Virus record (IMG/VR): IMGVR_UViG_3300031992_000029
Coordinates: 1 to 64,000 of that record
Strand: one strand, 5' to 3'
Source: a virus
Lineage: Duplodnaviria > Caudoviricetes
DNA: 64,000 bases
Numbering within the stretch: the stretch's first letter is position 1; every line of letters starts with the position of its first letter. Below, in pieces: positions 26,639-38,067 of the stretch. A program made the position numbers and the translations under genes. Under the pieces are notes generated by a model. It did not search any database, was not told the origin of the DNA, and saw only the letters and a list, made by a program, of their open reading frames with translations.

Positions 26639-27025
26639 ATGAAGATATTGGGCGACGATGAATTATTAGGTGTTGTAAGAGATGTTACAAGTGATGTCGT
26701 CACTATAAGATGGCGCAACAAAAGTATACAAGTAAGAAAATTACTTTCATATGCCGAAGAAACAGAGCTCGTTAAGAGAATATTGATGTGTTGTAGTCAT
26801 ATCGATGGGGACGACGTGTCGTTTATACCTGAATTATTTGACATCTCATTTAGGGCAAACATTGTTTCTGCGTATTCAATGATAAAGTTACCAGATGATT
26901 TAGAGAAGCAACATTTAATTTTATATGGCACTGATTTATACAATTGCATTCTGTCTGTAGCAAATAGCTCACAGGTAGAAACGATAAAAAACATTGTTGA
27001 ATATTATTTAGATTATAGAGGTTGA
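26639..27025 (+). CDS. Putative tail assembly chaperone, paralog 2
   Basis: Shares F.PEL.D..FR.....Y..IKLP motif with the upstream gene. Confidence 0.55.
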   Translation: MKILGDDELLGVVRDVTSDVVTIRWRNKSIQVRKLLSYAEETELVKRILMCCSHIDGDDVSFIPELFDISFRANIVSAYSMIKLPDDLEKQHLILYGTDLYNCILSVANSSQVETIKNIVEYYLDYRG

Positions 27026-27026
27026 T

Positions 27027-27629
27027 ATGGCCTATGATTATGAAGCTGCCTACTCAGATTTTATTGAAAAGATAAAACGAAGAGTAGAGGAAGCGCTAGA
27101 TAAGGCGTTTAAAGACGCATATGCGGAGTTTTTCAAACTAATTGACGCAAAAATAAAAGAGATATATACAGCAGCCGCAGATGATTTTTATAACGCATAT
27201 GACCCAATATTTTATAAAGAAGAAAGACGTGGCAGCTTAAGAGAGATGTTAGTAACAGAAGTCACATACGACTCGTTTTCTGGTGAATTTAAGGACGACG
27301 GGATAACCAACAGAAGAGGCGGGTCTTTGTACAATCAGGTTTTTAAGGAGGGGTGGCACGGTGGTGCGTCGACTGGACCGCGTCATCCAAATGAAGGTGT
27401 ACCGTGGTACAGAACACCACATCCGAGCAGGGCCAAGAAGTCAAAAATACATCCAAATAAAAAGCAAAGACCATGGGTCAGATGGAGCAGGTTTAGTGCA
27501 AAACAAACTAAGTCCACATACGAGATTTTTATGGAAAAGAAAACTGAATATGAAAATAGCCCAGAATATGATGCAGCTTTTCAACAAATATTAGCAAAAA
27601 AACGTAACGAATATTTAAAACAGATATAA
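27027..27629 (+). CDS. Hypothetical tail-associated protein
   Basis: 200 aa directly before TMP; YDP..Y...RRGSL motif. Confidence 0.5.
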   Translation: MAYDYEAAYSDFIEKIKRRVEEALDKAFKDAYAEFFKLIDAKIKEIYTAAADDFYNAYDPIFYKEERRGSLREMLVTEVTYDSFSGEFKDDGITNRRGGSLYNQVFKEGWHGGASTGPRHPNEGVPWYRTPHPSRAKKSKIHPNKKQRPWVRWSRFSAKQTKSTYEIFMEKKTEYENSPEYDAAFQQILAKKRNEYLKQI

Positions 27630-27647
27630 AGGTGGTGAGATACAAAA

Positions 27648-30600
27648 ATGGGAGATAAATTTACAATGAAGACCCCCAGTAGTGGCGGTACAACATTTGA
27701 GCCTGCGCGTCAACAGGTTGTTGTCCAAATCATAGGGGAAGATAAATTAAAGAGCTTTGCAAGGACATTAAATAACATAGCACACGGAATAGACCTTAAT
27801 AAATACTGGAAGGGCCAACAGGATCTCATTAATGATGTATCTAGGGCTTACGCTAATTATATGGACAATGTGTCCGAGGCGTCTAGCGCCGACCTTATTA
27901 AGAACTTTAATGCGCTAAAAGCTACGGGTGCGGATATCTCTAAAATTTTTTCAAACTATGAAGACATATCTAGCGCCTATACAAACGCAAGTAGATCTTA
28001 TGGAATGATAGCAAGTTCGTTCTCTGAGGCAAATTTTAGAGACGCATTTGACTCCATGGAATTTATGAAAGGCATGGGTGTAGACCTAAACCGCGTATTC
28101 GAGCAACTTGGAAATGCGTCATTTGTAGAAAATATTACGAAACAGCTGGAAGAGTCGTCTGTTAAATTCGATAAGGTAAAGTCAGATCTTGAGTCAACAA
28201 GACAAAAATTAGAAGAAACACAGGCTCAGCTCGAACGTATGAAGACCGGCGACATATTTGTTGGATATGAAGACGAGATACTAACATTAAGAGAGAAGGT
28301 TGCAACCCTAAGGTCAGAGAACGCAAGATTATCTACCGATTTTGAGCTTGCTAAGGAGAAGGCTGAATCTGAATTCAAATCGTTTTTAAGGGTAAACGAA
28401 ATACCTTTTGAGGATATAGATGGATACGAAAGATTTAGTGACATATTTGACAATATAAGAGAAGGCGCACTCTCTGGCAAAGAAGCCATAGCCGCGTTCA
28501 AACAGGAATACCGTACAGAGTGGGAAGGAGTAATTGGTCGTGGCGGTGATATAACCGGTGGTATTAACGCTGAAGACATGCAGGCTATTCTATCGAGTAT
28601 AGATAATGTGAAGTCTGGACTCGGATCAATGCTTAAAACATTAAGCGATTCTATGGGTACGACAAGTACGGTATCTCTTAACCTAAACGAATTATTATCA
28701 CAGCTAAAAGAAATCGCCAATGAGTATGGGACTTCTAGTACGATAGATGATATCACCACGTCTTTGCGTATGCTTATAGATTCTATGTCTGAGCTTGGAA
28801 ATGTAGCGCCTGAAAGCATTAATGGCATGGCTGCTGCATTTAAAAACATCAGGTCGATTAATGGTATAGAGGTCGATCCAAAGGCGATTGACACTATTGT
28901 AGAAGGATTAAGAAGTCTATCAACTATAGACGACGTCGGCAAGCTGTCTGTAATATCAAATATCGATTTTAGTAAGTACGCAAATCTAAAAGTTACCAAA
29001 AGTTCACTAAACAATCTATATACATATCTATCTTCTATTGCAGATATCAATGCAGATAAATTAATGGCAATATCTCAAATAGATTTAAGTGGCCTAGCAG
29101 GATTAAAGTTTACAGCCGGAAACGCCGATAGCTTTTTATCCCTGACTGAGACTATAAAAAATCTAGGTGATTCCACGAATACATTCGGCGGTTTTGGAAA
29201 TCTTATAACAGAACTTAATAAGCTAGAAGGAATAAAGCTAACAAAGGCTACATCTGAAAACCTTACTAATTTATTGAATGCAATAAATAATCTTCACATT
29301 GATGCAAATATCAATCAATTGCAGTCATTAGATTTTTCAAATTTTGCGAATATTAAGATAAATAAAGGGTCGCTGAAAAATCTTGCCGAGTTTCTTCCGG
29401 CGATAGCTAATAGTTTGTCTGCTATAAATGGGGTTAATTTAGAAAATGTAGATGCGCTTTCAAAAATAGATTGGGGAAACTGGACTAGTTTTGATGTTAA
29501 GCATGAAAGCATTGAGCAGTTTGAAAGATTAATAGAGAAAATAAGTGGTGCTCAGGTTGCAGTATTTAATACGGGGGATCAGCAATATTCTTCTAAGAAA
29601 TTAGAAGAGGGCACTGCTAGATATGCAAGGGCGTTATCTGCTGTCGACAAAGCGCTTGTCTCGGCAAGAGAGAATGCAAGGAAATGGACAGCTGCTCAAA
29701 ACGGTAAGTCATCAGGTGCATATACTAAATTACAAGGCTCAATAACAGCATTAACTACATTAAAAGAAAATATAGAAAATTATTCTGGCTCAAAATTTAG
29801 AGAAGAGCTTGATAAGATAAATGCTGATATAAACGAAGCAATCAACACAATGTCTGAAAATAATGAGCGTTTTAATGCAGACGTAATGAAAAAGGGCAGT
29901 GTTGATTATTCAAACGCTCTTGCACAAATTAGCAATGCGATTAAAGGAGTAGAGTCTCAGTCAGATAGATTTAAGAACATTTTCGCCGGGACCGAGGTTG
30001 GTGCTGATAAACTTGCATCGCTCGATGCTATTGTAGGGAAGCTAAAAGAGCTAAATACAGCAATTACCACAGGCAGTGGTATCTCAAAAGATTCCTATAA
30101 AGAAAGACTTGCGAAAATTAAAGAAGAGGCTGCAAGTCTTAACGAAGAGCTATCGAAATTAGCCAGAGAACAAAAGGGTACTCTGGTCGAAGGTACTAAG
30201 GGATATAATGATGCGCTTACTAAACTGAACTCGATGCTAATTCAAGTAACAGAGAACAGTGAGAAGTGGGATGCATCAAAGAATGGTAGAACATCTGCAA
30301 ACTACGAAGAGTATATAGCTCAGGGCGAAGCAATTCGTCAGTTAATGAGTGATATACAAGCTGGCAATGTGACACAGAAAGAATTCCAAGAGAGGTCTGC
30401 TGAAATTGCCAGAACAATGAAGGAAAACGAGGCGGCAATAAGAGCCGAGGGTGAGGCTGTTAAGTCACTCGGCAGTTCATTCCAGGGCGTACTCGGCGTA
30501 TTGCTTAAATATTTCTCTCTTACTAGAATAATGTTTGCGGCTATTAACAAGGCGAAGGAAATGGTCAACACTTCGATGGACATCGAAAGTGCTATGACGA

Positions 30601-33600
30601 GAATTCAAATTGTTACAGGCTCGACAGACGCACAGATGGAGCACTTCTTCGAGGCGACAGCGGCTCAAGCTAAATCGCTTGGTAAGAATCTTACTGATGT
30701 AGCAGGTTCTATTGAGACATTCAGTAGACTTGGATATTCTATAAGTGATGCATCAGAGCTGTCGAAGTACGCTACTATCATGTCTAACGTCGCTGATGTT
30801 GATGTTGATGCGGCTACGACCGGTATAACTTCTATTATTAAAGGCTTTGACATGAAAGCCAGCGATGCTGAGCATGTTAGTGACGTTCTGGTACAGGTCG
30901 GTCAGAAATACGCTATTTCTGCCGAGGAACTTATGGAAGCGTTTGAGCGTGGCGGTGCAGCATTAAATGCTTCCGGAACTTCGTTCGAAAAATCTGCCGC
31001 TCTATTTGCGGCTACAAACGCATCGTTACAGAACGCTGCGACAACCGGTACGCTGTGGAAGACAGTATCTGCCCGTATCAGAGGTGCAACTACAGAGCTT
31101 GCTGAAATGGGCGAAGAGACTGACGATGTAGCATACGGTCTTTCTAAATATAGAGACGAAATCAAGGCGTTAACTGGTGGAGTCGACATCATGGTCGATG
31201 ACGAACATTATAAAGATATGTACGATATCTTTGTTGAGTTAGCGTCCGTTTGGGATACAATCGAAAGTGACACAAATAGATCTCGTATCGCAGAAATATT
31301 AGGCGGTACTAGAAACCTATCGGGTATATCTTCTACTATCCAAAATATTGCCGACGCAATTAATGCATATGACGACGCAATGAATGCGAGCAAGGTATCT
31401 GAAGAAGCAAATGCGTTATATATGGATACTGCTCGTGCTCATGCAGAACAGCTCAAGGCTACGTTCCAGGAGTTATCGGCTGATTTAGTCAATACTGATT
31501 TAATAAAGAGCGCTATAGACGCACTTAAAACTGTTCTTGAGCTCATAGATTCTATTATAAAGAAGTTCGGCGGGTTTACTGCGCTACCGATCGCTGGGCT
31601 GGTAGCCACTATCATGGAGATACATGATCTAGGTGGATTTAAAAGTTTCAGTGATTTTACAACTGCAATTGGGCTTATGGCGGAAAACGCTGTAGCTGCT
31701 GTTAGTTCAATTGGTTTATTACAGGCTGCATTAACATCTCTTGGTGTGGTTATTGCTGGTATAGGAATAATTGCACTTATCTCATACTTCGATAATCTAA
31801 ACCATGCTGTCGACAACGCAAGAAAGAACATGGAAGATACTGCGTCTGAGTATGAAAACGCTAGGAGCAAAACCGAAGGGCTAAAGCGTGAATTAGACGA
31901 AGCGAGAACAGCGTATGAAAATCTTGAGACTGCATCTCATATTGAATATGTCGATGAAACAGAACTTGAGAAGTTAAGAGAAGCAACGGAACTTCTTCAA
32001 CTTCAGTATGATATTGCAAAAAGAGAAGAAGAATCGAAGGCTATAGAGGCCGCCGACGCGGCTGTTAATGCGTATCGTACAGAGTTTAAAACTCCTGCAA
32101 GTGAAGATAAGTATAGGGAATATTATACTGGTAATAGAGACTATGGGACTGTAGCTTTACCTAATTTGACAGCAGACCATGGCAATATATCCGCTATGAT
32201 TGCCGCAGTTGATGTGTTCAGAGACTTACGCGACGAACAGGAAGAGGGTTCTGATGAGTGGCTTGAGTACGGAGAGGCTGCGAAAGAGACAGAAGACATT
32301 ATATGGGATCAGGTATCAACGCTTCTTGAGTATAAGAAAGCGATAGAGAGTATACCAGAAGAACTTCGTACAGACAGGCAAAAATCTACACTTGATGAAA
32401 TAGCGGCATCTATAGACTACATACAGTCGAAACTTGGTAGTCCATTAGACGACGTAATTAGTGGCACATCTGCAACGTATGACAAGGCTATAGAGAAGCT
32501 ACGCGGATATGTCGACGAAATGGTAGACGCCAATGTCGAAGAAGGTAACAAGAGATATAAAGAAGCGCTTGACGATCTAGCTAACTATGGCGTTGATGCG
32601 TCGAAGACTGTGTTCGGTAATATAGACCTAGGGAACAGACAGGTGTTGACATGGACAGAAGACATGCTGTCTAAGTATAAAGATGAGCTAGAGTCTTGGG
32701 GGCAATCTGTAGAAGAATTAAAAGGAGGCGTTTCGACTGTACTCGGTTCGTCTAGTGATTTTGGCGGATTGGAAATAGCGTTCTCTCCTATTCTCCAGAC
32801 TGAAGACGGCCCTGTTTTACTAGGTAAAGAAACAGTAAATACTTATATAAAAGATCTCATAGCCGAACTTAGCAAAGACGGCGGAGAATGGACCAGCGAA
32901 GACCTGCTTAAATTAGATGCTAAAGGTGCGACTGTCAATGGTAGAAAGATAAAAAATATCATTGCAGACATCGGAGATACTGCTAAGGATACTGGCGAGG
33001 TAATGCATTATCTCGGAGAAGACGGCGAGATTGCAGACGCGCTCAGACAGATTGACGATGCAAATAAGTTAGCTGCTATGTCTGCAGAGGACTTTGTAAA
33101 TGCATACGGATCTAATAATACTATAAATGATATTGTCGAAGAAGCAATCGCACTTGGAATTGCAGCAGATGATTCAGATTCAGAATTAAGTGAGCTGGCG
33201 ACGAAACTATTTGATGTTGGGATAATAGGAAGCGATACCGCTGGTGAGCTTGGAAATACAGTTCTTACGCTTGAAGAGTTAAGCGGAAAAATAAAAGAGT
33301 TTTCTGAATTCCAGGATAAGCTGACAAGTGCCATGGACGCATCCAAGAGCGCTGTTGGTCTTAACACTGAGCAAATTAACGATCTTAAGGACGCATACGG
33401 AAACCTCGAAGGCTTTGATGCCGCAAGACTATTTGAGACAACGTACAATGGTGTACATCTTAATGAGGAGGAACTTAAGAGGCTTAACGAAGAAGCAGCC
33501 AATAATAAGCTAGCTGATTTGTATACGACTCTAGCGTCAAAACTTGATGAGTATCACAGGGTTCAAGCCGAGGGTGGTGATACGTCTCGGATCGAGGACG

Positions 33601-36600
33601 AGATATACGACACGGAGCTTCTCATTTCACAATACGAAGGTCTTACGTCGGCATATAATACATACCTATCTGCTAAATCTGGAAAGAAAGAAAGAGATAG
33701 TTACGAAGGGATAGGCGACGACTATGAAGAGATGAAAAAGATTCTCGACATGGGCTGGTACGGTGATGATTCTCTTAACTCCTATCTTGATCTTATCCTC
33801 TCGAAGGCTGCTAGAACTGGTGACGCTGTTAAAGATTTCGAGCGTCTTAACAAGACAATAGAAGGAACATCTCACAGTATACTTGACTACTGGCAATACG
33901 ATGAAGATTCTAAAGAACTTGCTAGCGACGGATTGTTTAATTTCTTAAAAGACGTCAACAAGAAATTTGGTGATACGTACGCAAGTGTCGAAGACGGCAA
34001 TTATGTATTCGATCTCACTGGTAATAAGTTAAACGAGGTTGCAGATGCGTTCGGAATGTCTGCTGAAATGATACAGATATTTGAACGCGCTCTAATTGAC
34101 ACCGGATCTGTTGTCGTATTAGATAATGACAGAATCGAAGAGATAACTGGTAGTCTGAAAGATCTTCAGAACGCTGGCGAAATTAGTCCAGACATAGATC
34201 TCAATTTTGACTTAGCCGAGATGAGCTTAGAAGATATACAAAGTAAAATCAAAGAGCTTAACGAAGCAAAAGCAAAAATAAATGTAGAAACTGACGAAGA
34301 TGGAACTAGAAAGCTACAGCTTCTTGATGCCGCTGTGTCGGCGTTACAAAATAAAGCTGTCAACCTAAAGATAAACACTGCGATAGAGAATGGCGCTACC
34401 GTTGAAGAACTGATGAATATGGACGACGAGACACTTAAGTCTACGCTTAACATAGAAGTGAACGGAGATACAGAGCTTCAACAGGCGAGGGACATGTTAC
34501 AAACGTTGTCTAGCGGCACAAGTGTTCCAATAACAGTTAAGATTGATGAATCTCAGTTTAGTGCATTAACTAACTCTGGTAGCGAAGCTACGATAGTTTA
34601 TCACGTTAACAGAGCAGAAGTCGACGCATTTATGGAAGAAAGCCATGATGATGATGCTACTGTTACATATGGTGTCGATAGAAGTCTTGTTGATGCATTT
34701 AGGCAATCAAATATAAATAGAACTGCTACGGTCACTTATACGGCTGACACTAGTAAACTTCCAACGACATTTACTAGACTGAAGCGATATATCGATTATG
34801 TTCATGTCGGTGAAGCTAGCGGTACCATGAGGTCAGTTAAGACTGCTCGTGCTAATGGTAGTATGTATAACGCTCCGTTGAACTATAAGAGGGCGTTCGC
34901 GAATGGTAGTGTTGCTTTAGATGAAGATGAGCTTGCGTTGGTGAACGAGCTCGGTACCGAATCAATCATAAGAGACGGCATTTGGAGCTTAATTCCAGGC
35001 GGAATTCATCAAGAACATTTAAAGAAAGGCGACATTATTCTATCGGCAGAGCAGACTAAAGCTCTTATCAATACAGGTAAGGCTGCAGGTCATGCAAGAG
35101 CGTATGCAATGGGTACTCTTCTATCTAATGCTTACGACTCTGGTTCTGGCGCAATGCCTAGAAAGACGACCAGTAAGACAATATCGCTTGCTAAAAAGGC
35201 ATCGTCTAGCACAAAGAAATCTTCAAGTAAGAAATCTTCAAGCAAGAAATCTTCAAGCAAGAAATCGTCTTCGAGCAAAAAATCGAGCAAGTCTAGCAAT
35301 AGCAAAGATGACAGCGACGATTTTGACTGGATAGAAGTTCTTCTCGATAGATGGGAACGCGCTATTGATAATCTTAGCACACTAGCCGAAAGTATTTACA
35401 GGAAGTTAGGTGACAGAATTAGTGCCACTGATAAGGAAATTGAGGCTGTAACCAATCAGATAAGATTAGAGTATGCGGCATATGACAAATATATAGCTAA
35501 AGCAAATTCTATAAAGTTATCTGATGAATTAAAGGGTCAAGTCCGTAAGGGTGCTATTGATATATCAAAGTATAACAAGAATACACAAGACCTTATAAAT
35601 CAATATAAGGAGTGGTACGACAAAGCACTTGACGCAGCAGATGCGATAGACGACCTGCATGAGTCTTTAGCTGAACTATATTCTTCTCGGTTTGATACCA
35701 TCCAAACGCATTTCGAAAATAGACTCGCGCTTGTTGAGCATAAGATTCAATCGTACAATAACGATTTGGATAAAATCGTAGAACGCGGTTATATTGAGAG
35801 TACTAAGTATTATGAGGCAATTCGTGAATCCGAGGCACATAATCTTGAAACATTACATGATGAACTTTCTAAGCTGGTTGTGGCTATGTCAGAGGGGATG
35901 AACTCTGGAGAAATAGAGCACGGTAGCGAAGCATGGTTCGACATGCAACAAAAGATTAATGATGTTAAGGAAACAATACAAGAAACAGAACTTAGCATTA
36001 TAGAGACTGGCAATACGATTCGTCAACTCAAATGGGATAACTTTGAGTATCTGCAAGGTCTAATATCGAACGTTACAGAAGAGGCTGACTTCCTAATTGA
36101 ACTAATGTCTTCGTCCGATTTGTTTGAAAAGAACGGAGCTGTAACTGATAAAGGTATGGCTACGTTTGGTATGCACGCACAAAATTATAACGTGTATATG
36201 AATCAGGCTGATAGATATGCCGAACAGATTATGGAGATTAGCGAGGAACTTGCGAATAATCCATATGATACAAAACTGATAGAACAAAGACAGGAGCTGA
36301 TTAAGTTACAAAGAGAGTCTATTCTTAGTGCCGAGGATGAAAAACAGGCTATTGTCGATCTAACCGAAGAAGGCATTAAGAATGAGCTAGAATATCTCAA
36401 TGAACTTATAGATGCGTATAAAGACAGTCTTGACGATGCAAAAGATTTGTATGATTACCAGAAGAAGGTAAAAGATCAGGCGTCTGAGATTACAAAGCTA
36501 CAGAAGCAACTAGCGGCGTACGCTGGTGATACTTCTGAAGAAAATAGATCGAGAGTGCAGAAACTACAAGTCGAACTTGACGAAGCTATAGAGTCTATGC

Positions 36601-37718
36601 AAGAGACACAATACGATAGGTCGATAAGCGCACAGAAAGAACTTCTAGATAATTTCTATGATGACTACGAGGAACTTTTGAACGGCAGGCTTGATAACGT
36701 CGATCTATTAGTATCTGAGACGATTGATGCCGTTAATGGTAACGCAACCAGCATCAGCGAGACAATAGCAGATCAAGCTGACGTTGTAGGATACACAATT
36801 TCTGATGCGGTGACATCTATTTGGAGCGATGGTGGAGAAGCGTCTAACATCGTTACTAAATACGGAGAGACGTTTGCTAGAGAAATCACGAGCGTAAACG
36901 ACACATTAAATAGTATAGCTGCGTACGTTCATGCTATGGCTGAAAATAGCGACAGGATTGCTGACGCCGATATAGCTGGTAGTACTGGATATACAGCGAA
37001 GGTATCAACTAATACAGAGAATACATCAAAAGTGTCTAGTTCTATGGGTGCGGCTATAAATACTCCTGCTATGGCACATACAATCCAGCCAAAGAAGTAT
37101 ACGAACGCCACATCTACAGGAATTGCTAAAGGCGACACCATAAATGCTTCTGGAGCAAAGATATATAACTATGTTGGAGGTACTGCGTCTAATCAGGAGT
37201 ATGCTGACGATCCAATCTATACGGTAACAAGAGTATCTAGTGGATGGGTACAAGTAAGACATCACAGCATGTCTAATGGCGTTACCGGATGGTTTAAAAC
37301 TGGTAATGTAAAGAAATACAAACTAGGTGGTCTGGTAGATTATACCGGTCTAGCACAGGTAGATGGCACGCCAGACAAACCAGAATCGTTCCTTAACGCC
37401 GACGATACTCGTAATCTACTTGCGCTTATTGATACATTAAGAAGGATCAAGAATGGCACCGCGTCGATATTCGGTAGTCATACTGGTAATATCATAGAGA
37501 ATCTTGGAAGAGTTGCTGAACATCGAAGCGCTAATCGAGGAACAACCATTGGCGATATAAGTTACGAGATTAACATCCCTATTGACCACGTTGAAGACTA
37601 TGCTGACTTCATGAACAAGATGAGGTCCGACAGACAGTTTGAAACAATGGTTCAGGACATGACGATAGGACAGGTCGTAGGTAAGGGCAAGTTAAGCAAA
37701 AACAAATATTCATGGTGA
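27648..37718 (+). CDS. Tape measure protein (3356 aa)
   Basis: Long helical protein; TP901-type TMP core (~30.5-31.5 kb), hydrophobic TM-like segment, C-terminal SH3-like region and GGLVDYTG..VDGT..KPE motif. Confidence 0.92.
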   Translation: MGDKFTMKTPSSGGTTFEPARQQVVVQIIGEDKLKSFARTLNNIAHGIDLNKYWKGQQDLINDVSRAYANYMDNVSEASSADLIKNFNALKATGADISKIFSNYEDISSAYTNASRSYGMIASSFSEANFRDAFDSMEFMKGMGVDLNRVFEQLGNASFVENITKQLEESSVKFDKVKSDLESTRQKLEETQAQLERMKTGDIFVGYEDEILTLREKVATLRSENARLSTDFELAKEKAESEFKSFLRVNEIPFEDIDGYERFSDIFDNIREGALSGKEAIAAFKQEYRTEWEGVIGRGGDITGGINAEDMQAILSSIDNVKSGLGSMLKTLSDSMGTTSTVSLNLNELLSQLKEIANEYGTSSTIDDITTSLRMLIDSMSELGNVAPESINGMAAAFKNIRSINGIEVDPKAIDTIVEGLRSLSTIDDVGKLSVISNIDFSKYANLKVTKSSLNNLYTYLSSIADINADKLMAISQIDLSGLAGLKFTAGNADSFLSLTETIKNLGDSTNTFGGFGNLITELNKLEGIKLTKATSENLTNLLNAINNLHIDANINQLQSLDFSNFANIKINKGSLKNLAEFLPAIANSLSAINGVNLENVDALSKIDWGNWTSFDVKHESIEQFERLIEKISGAQVAVFNTGDQQYSSKKLEEGTARYARALSAVDKALVSARENARKWTAAQNGKSSGAYTKLQGSITALTTLKENIENYSGSKFREELDKINADINEAINTMSENNERFNADVMKKGSVDYSNALAQISNAIKGVESQSDRFKNIFAGTEVGADKLASLDAIVGKLKELNTAITTGSGISKDSYKERLAKIKEEAASLNEELSKLAREQKGTLVEGTKGYNDALTKLNSMLIQVTENSEKWDASKNGRTSANYEEYIAQGEAIRQLMSDIQAGNVTQKEFQERSAEIARTMKENEAAIRAEGEAVKSLGSSFQGVLGVLLKYFSLTRIMFAAINKAKEMVNTSMDIESAMTRIQIVTGSTDAQMEHFFEATAAQAKSLGKNLTDVAGSIETFSRLGYSISDASELSKYATIMSNVADVDVDAATTGITSIIKGFDMKASDAEHVSDVLVQVGQKYAISAEELMEAFERGGAALNASGTSFEKSAALFAATNASLQNAATTGTLWKTVSARIRGATTELAEMGEETDDVAYGLSKYRDEIKALTGGVDIMVDDEHYKDMYDIFVELASVWDTIESDTNRSRIAEILGGTRNLSGISSTIQNIADAINAYDDAMNASKVSEEANALYMDTARAHAEQLKATFQELSADLVNTDLIKSAIDALKTVLELIDSIIKKFGGFTALPIAGLVATIMEIHDLGGFKSFSDFTTAIGLMAENAVAAVSSIGLLQAALTSLGVVIAGIGIIALISYFDNLNHAVDNARKNMEDTASEYENARSKTEGLKRELDEARTAYENLETASHIEYVDETELEKLREATELLQLQYDIAKREEESKAIEAADAAVNAYRTEFKTPASEDKYREYYTGNRDYGTVALPNLTADHGNISAMIAAVDVFRDLRDEQEEGSDEWLEYGEAAKETEDIIWDQVSTLLEYKKAIESIPEELRTDRQKSTLDEIAASIDYIQSKLGSPLDDVISGTSATYDKAIEKLRGYVDEMVDANVEEGNKRYKEALDDLANYGVDASKTVFGNIDLGNRQVLTWTEDMLSKYKDELESWGQSVEELKGGVSTVLGSSSDFGGLEIAFSPILQTEDGPVLLGKETVNTYIKDLIAELSKDGGEWTSEDLLKLDAKGATVNGRKIKNIIADIGDTAKDTGEVMHYLGEDGEIADALRQIDDANKLAAMSAEDFVNAYGSNNTINDIVEEAIALGIAADDSDSELSELATKLFDVGIIGSDTAGELGNTVLTLEELSGKIKEFSEFQDKLTSAMDASKSAVGLNTEQINDLKDAYGNLEGFDAARLFETTYNGVHLNEEELKRLNEEAANNKLADLYTTLASKLDEYHRVQAEGGDTSRIEDEIYDTELLISQYEGLTSAYNTYLSAKSGKKERDSYEGIGDDYEEMKKILDMGWYGDDSLNSYLDLILSKAARTGDAVKDFERLNKTIEGTSHSILDYWQYDEDSKELASDGLFNFLKDVNKKFGDTYASVEDGNYVFDLTGNKLNEVADAFGMSAEMIQIFERALIDTGSVVVLDNDRIEEITGSLKDLQNAGEISPDIDLNFDLAEMSLEDIQSKIKELNEAKAKINVETDEDGTRKLQLLDAAVSALQNKAVNLKINTAIENGATVEELMNMDDETLKSTLNIEVNGDTELQQARDMLQTLSSGTSVPITVKIDESQFSALTNSGSEATIVYHVNRAEVDAFMEESHDDDATVTYGVDRSLVDAFRQSNINRTATVTYTADTSKLPTTFTRLKRYIDYVHVGEASGTMRSVKTARANGSMYNAPLNYKRAFANGSVALDEDELALVNELGTESIIRDGIWSLIPGGIHQEHLKKGDIILSAEQTKALINTGKAAGHARAYAMGTLLSNAYDSGSGAMPRKTTSKTISLAKKASSSTKKSSSKKSSSKKSSSKKSSSSKKSSKSSNSKDDSDDFDWIEVLLDRWERAIDNLSTLAESIYRKLGDRISATDKEIEAVTNQIRLEYAAYDKYIAKANSIKLSDELKGQVRKGAIDISKYNKNTQDLINQYKEWYDKALDAADAIDDLHESLAELYSSRFDTIQTHFENRLALVEHKIQSYNNDLDKIVERGYIESTKYYEAIRESEAHNLETLHDELSKLVVAMSEGMNSGEIEHGSEAWFDMQQKINDVKETIQETELSIIETGNTIRQLKWDNFEYLQGLISNVTEEADFLIELMSSSDLFEKNGAVTDKGMATFGMHAQNYNVYMNQADRYAEQIMEISEELANNPYDTKLIEQRQELIKLQRESILSAEDEKQAIVDLTEEGIKNELEYLNELIDAYKDSLDDAKDLYDYQKKVKDQASEITKLQKQLAAYAGDTSEENRSRVQKLQVELDEAIESMQETQYDRSISAQKELLDNFYDDYEELLNGRLDNVDLLVSETIDAVNGNATSISETIADQADVVGYTISDAVTSIWSDGGEASNIVTKYGETFAREITSVNDTLNSIAAYVHAMAENSDRIADADIAGSTGYTAKVSTNTENTSKVSSSMGAAINTPAMAHTIQPKKYTNATSTGIAKGDTINASGAKIYNYVGGTASNQEYADDPIYTVTRVSSGWVQVRHHSMSNGVTGWFKTGNVKKYKLGGLVDYTGLAQVDGTPDKPESFLNADDTRNLLALIDTLRRIKNGTASIFGSHTGNIIENLGRVAEHRSANRGTTIGDISYEINIPIDHVEDYADFMNKMRSDRQFETMVQDMTIGQVVGKGKLSKNKYSW
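35214..35290 (+). repeat. 15-bp tandem repeat encoding KKSSS linker
   Basis: AAGAAATCTTCAAGY x3 plus degenerate copies. Confidence 0.85.
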
Positions 37719-37769
37719 TAATCATGGAGGGGATTTACACTCCCCTCCTGTTTATTTGGAGGAAAGGGT

Positions 37770-38051
37770 TTGAAAAAGGATAATGTAGAAAATCTTAAGC
37801 GGCATATTGAAACGCTTGAAGCTACAGTAGCGAGGCTACAAAAAGAGAACGAAAGGCTTGACTATGAGAATAAGGTGCTCAAGGGTAGAGAGGATTTTGT
37901 TCAGGAAATGTATGCCGATTATAGGAAACTTCTAGATGAAACAGCGGAAATAAAAGAAAAGTATCTGTCTGCTATTTCCGAATTTAGTGATATACGCAAA
38001 GAGTATACAGACAGATTTAAGGATTTATTAAAGCAAATTAAAAAAAAATAA
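37770..38051 (+). CDS. Small coiled-coil protein
   Basis: 93 aa heptad pattern, RBS GGAGG, TTG start. Confidence 0.7.
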   Translation: MKKDNVENLKRHIETLEATVARLQKENERLDYENKVLKGREDFVQEMYADYRKLLDETAEIKEKYLSAISEFSDIRKEYTDRFKDLLKQIKKK

Positions 38052-38067
38052 AGGAGGCTCGCATCTT

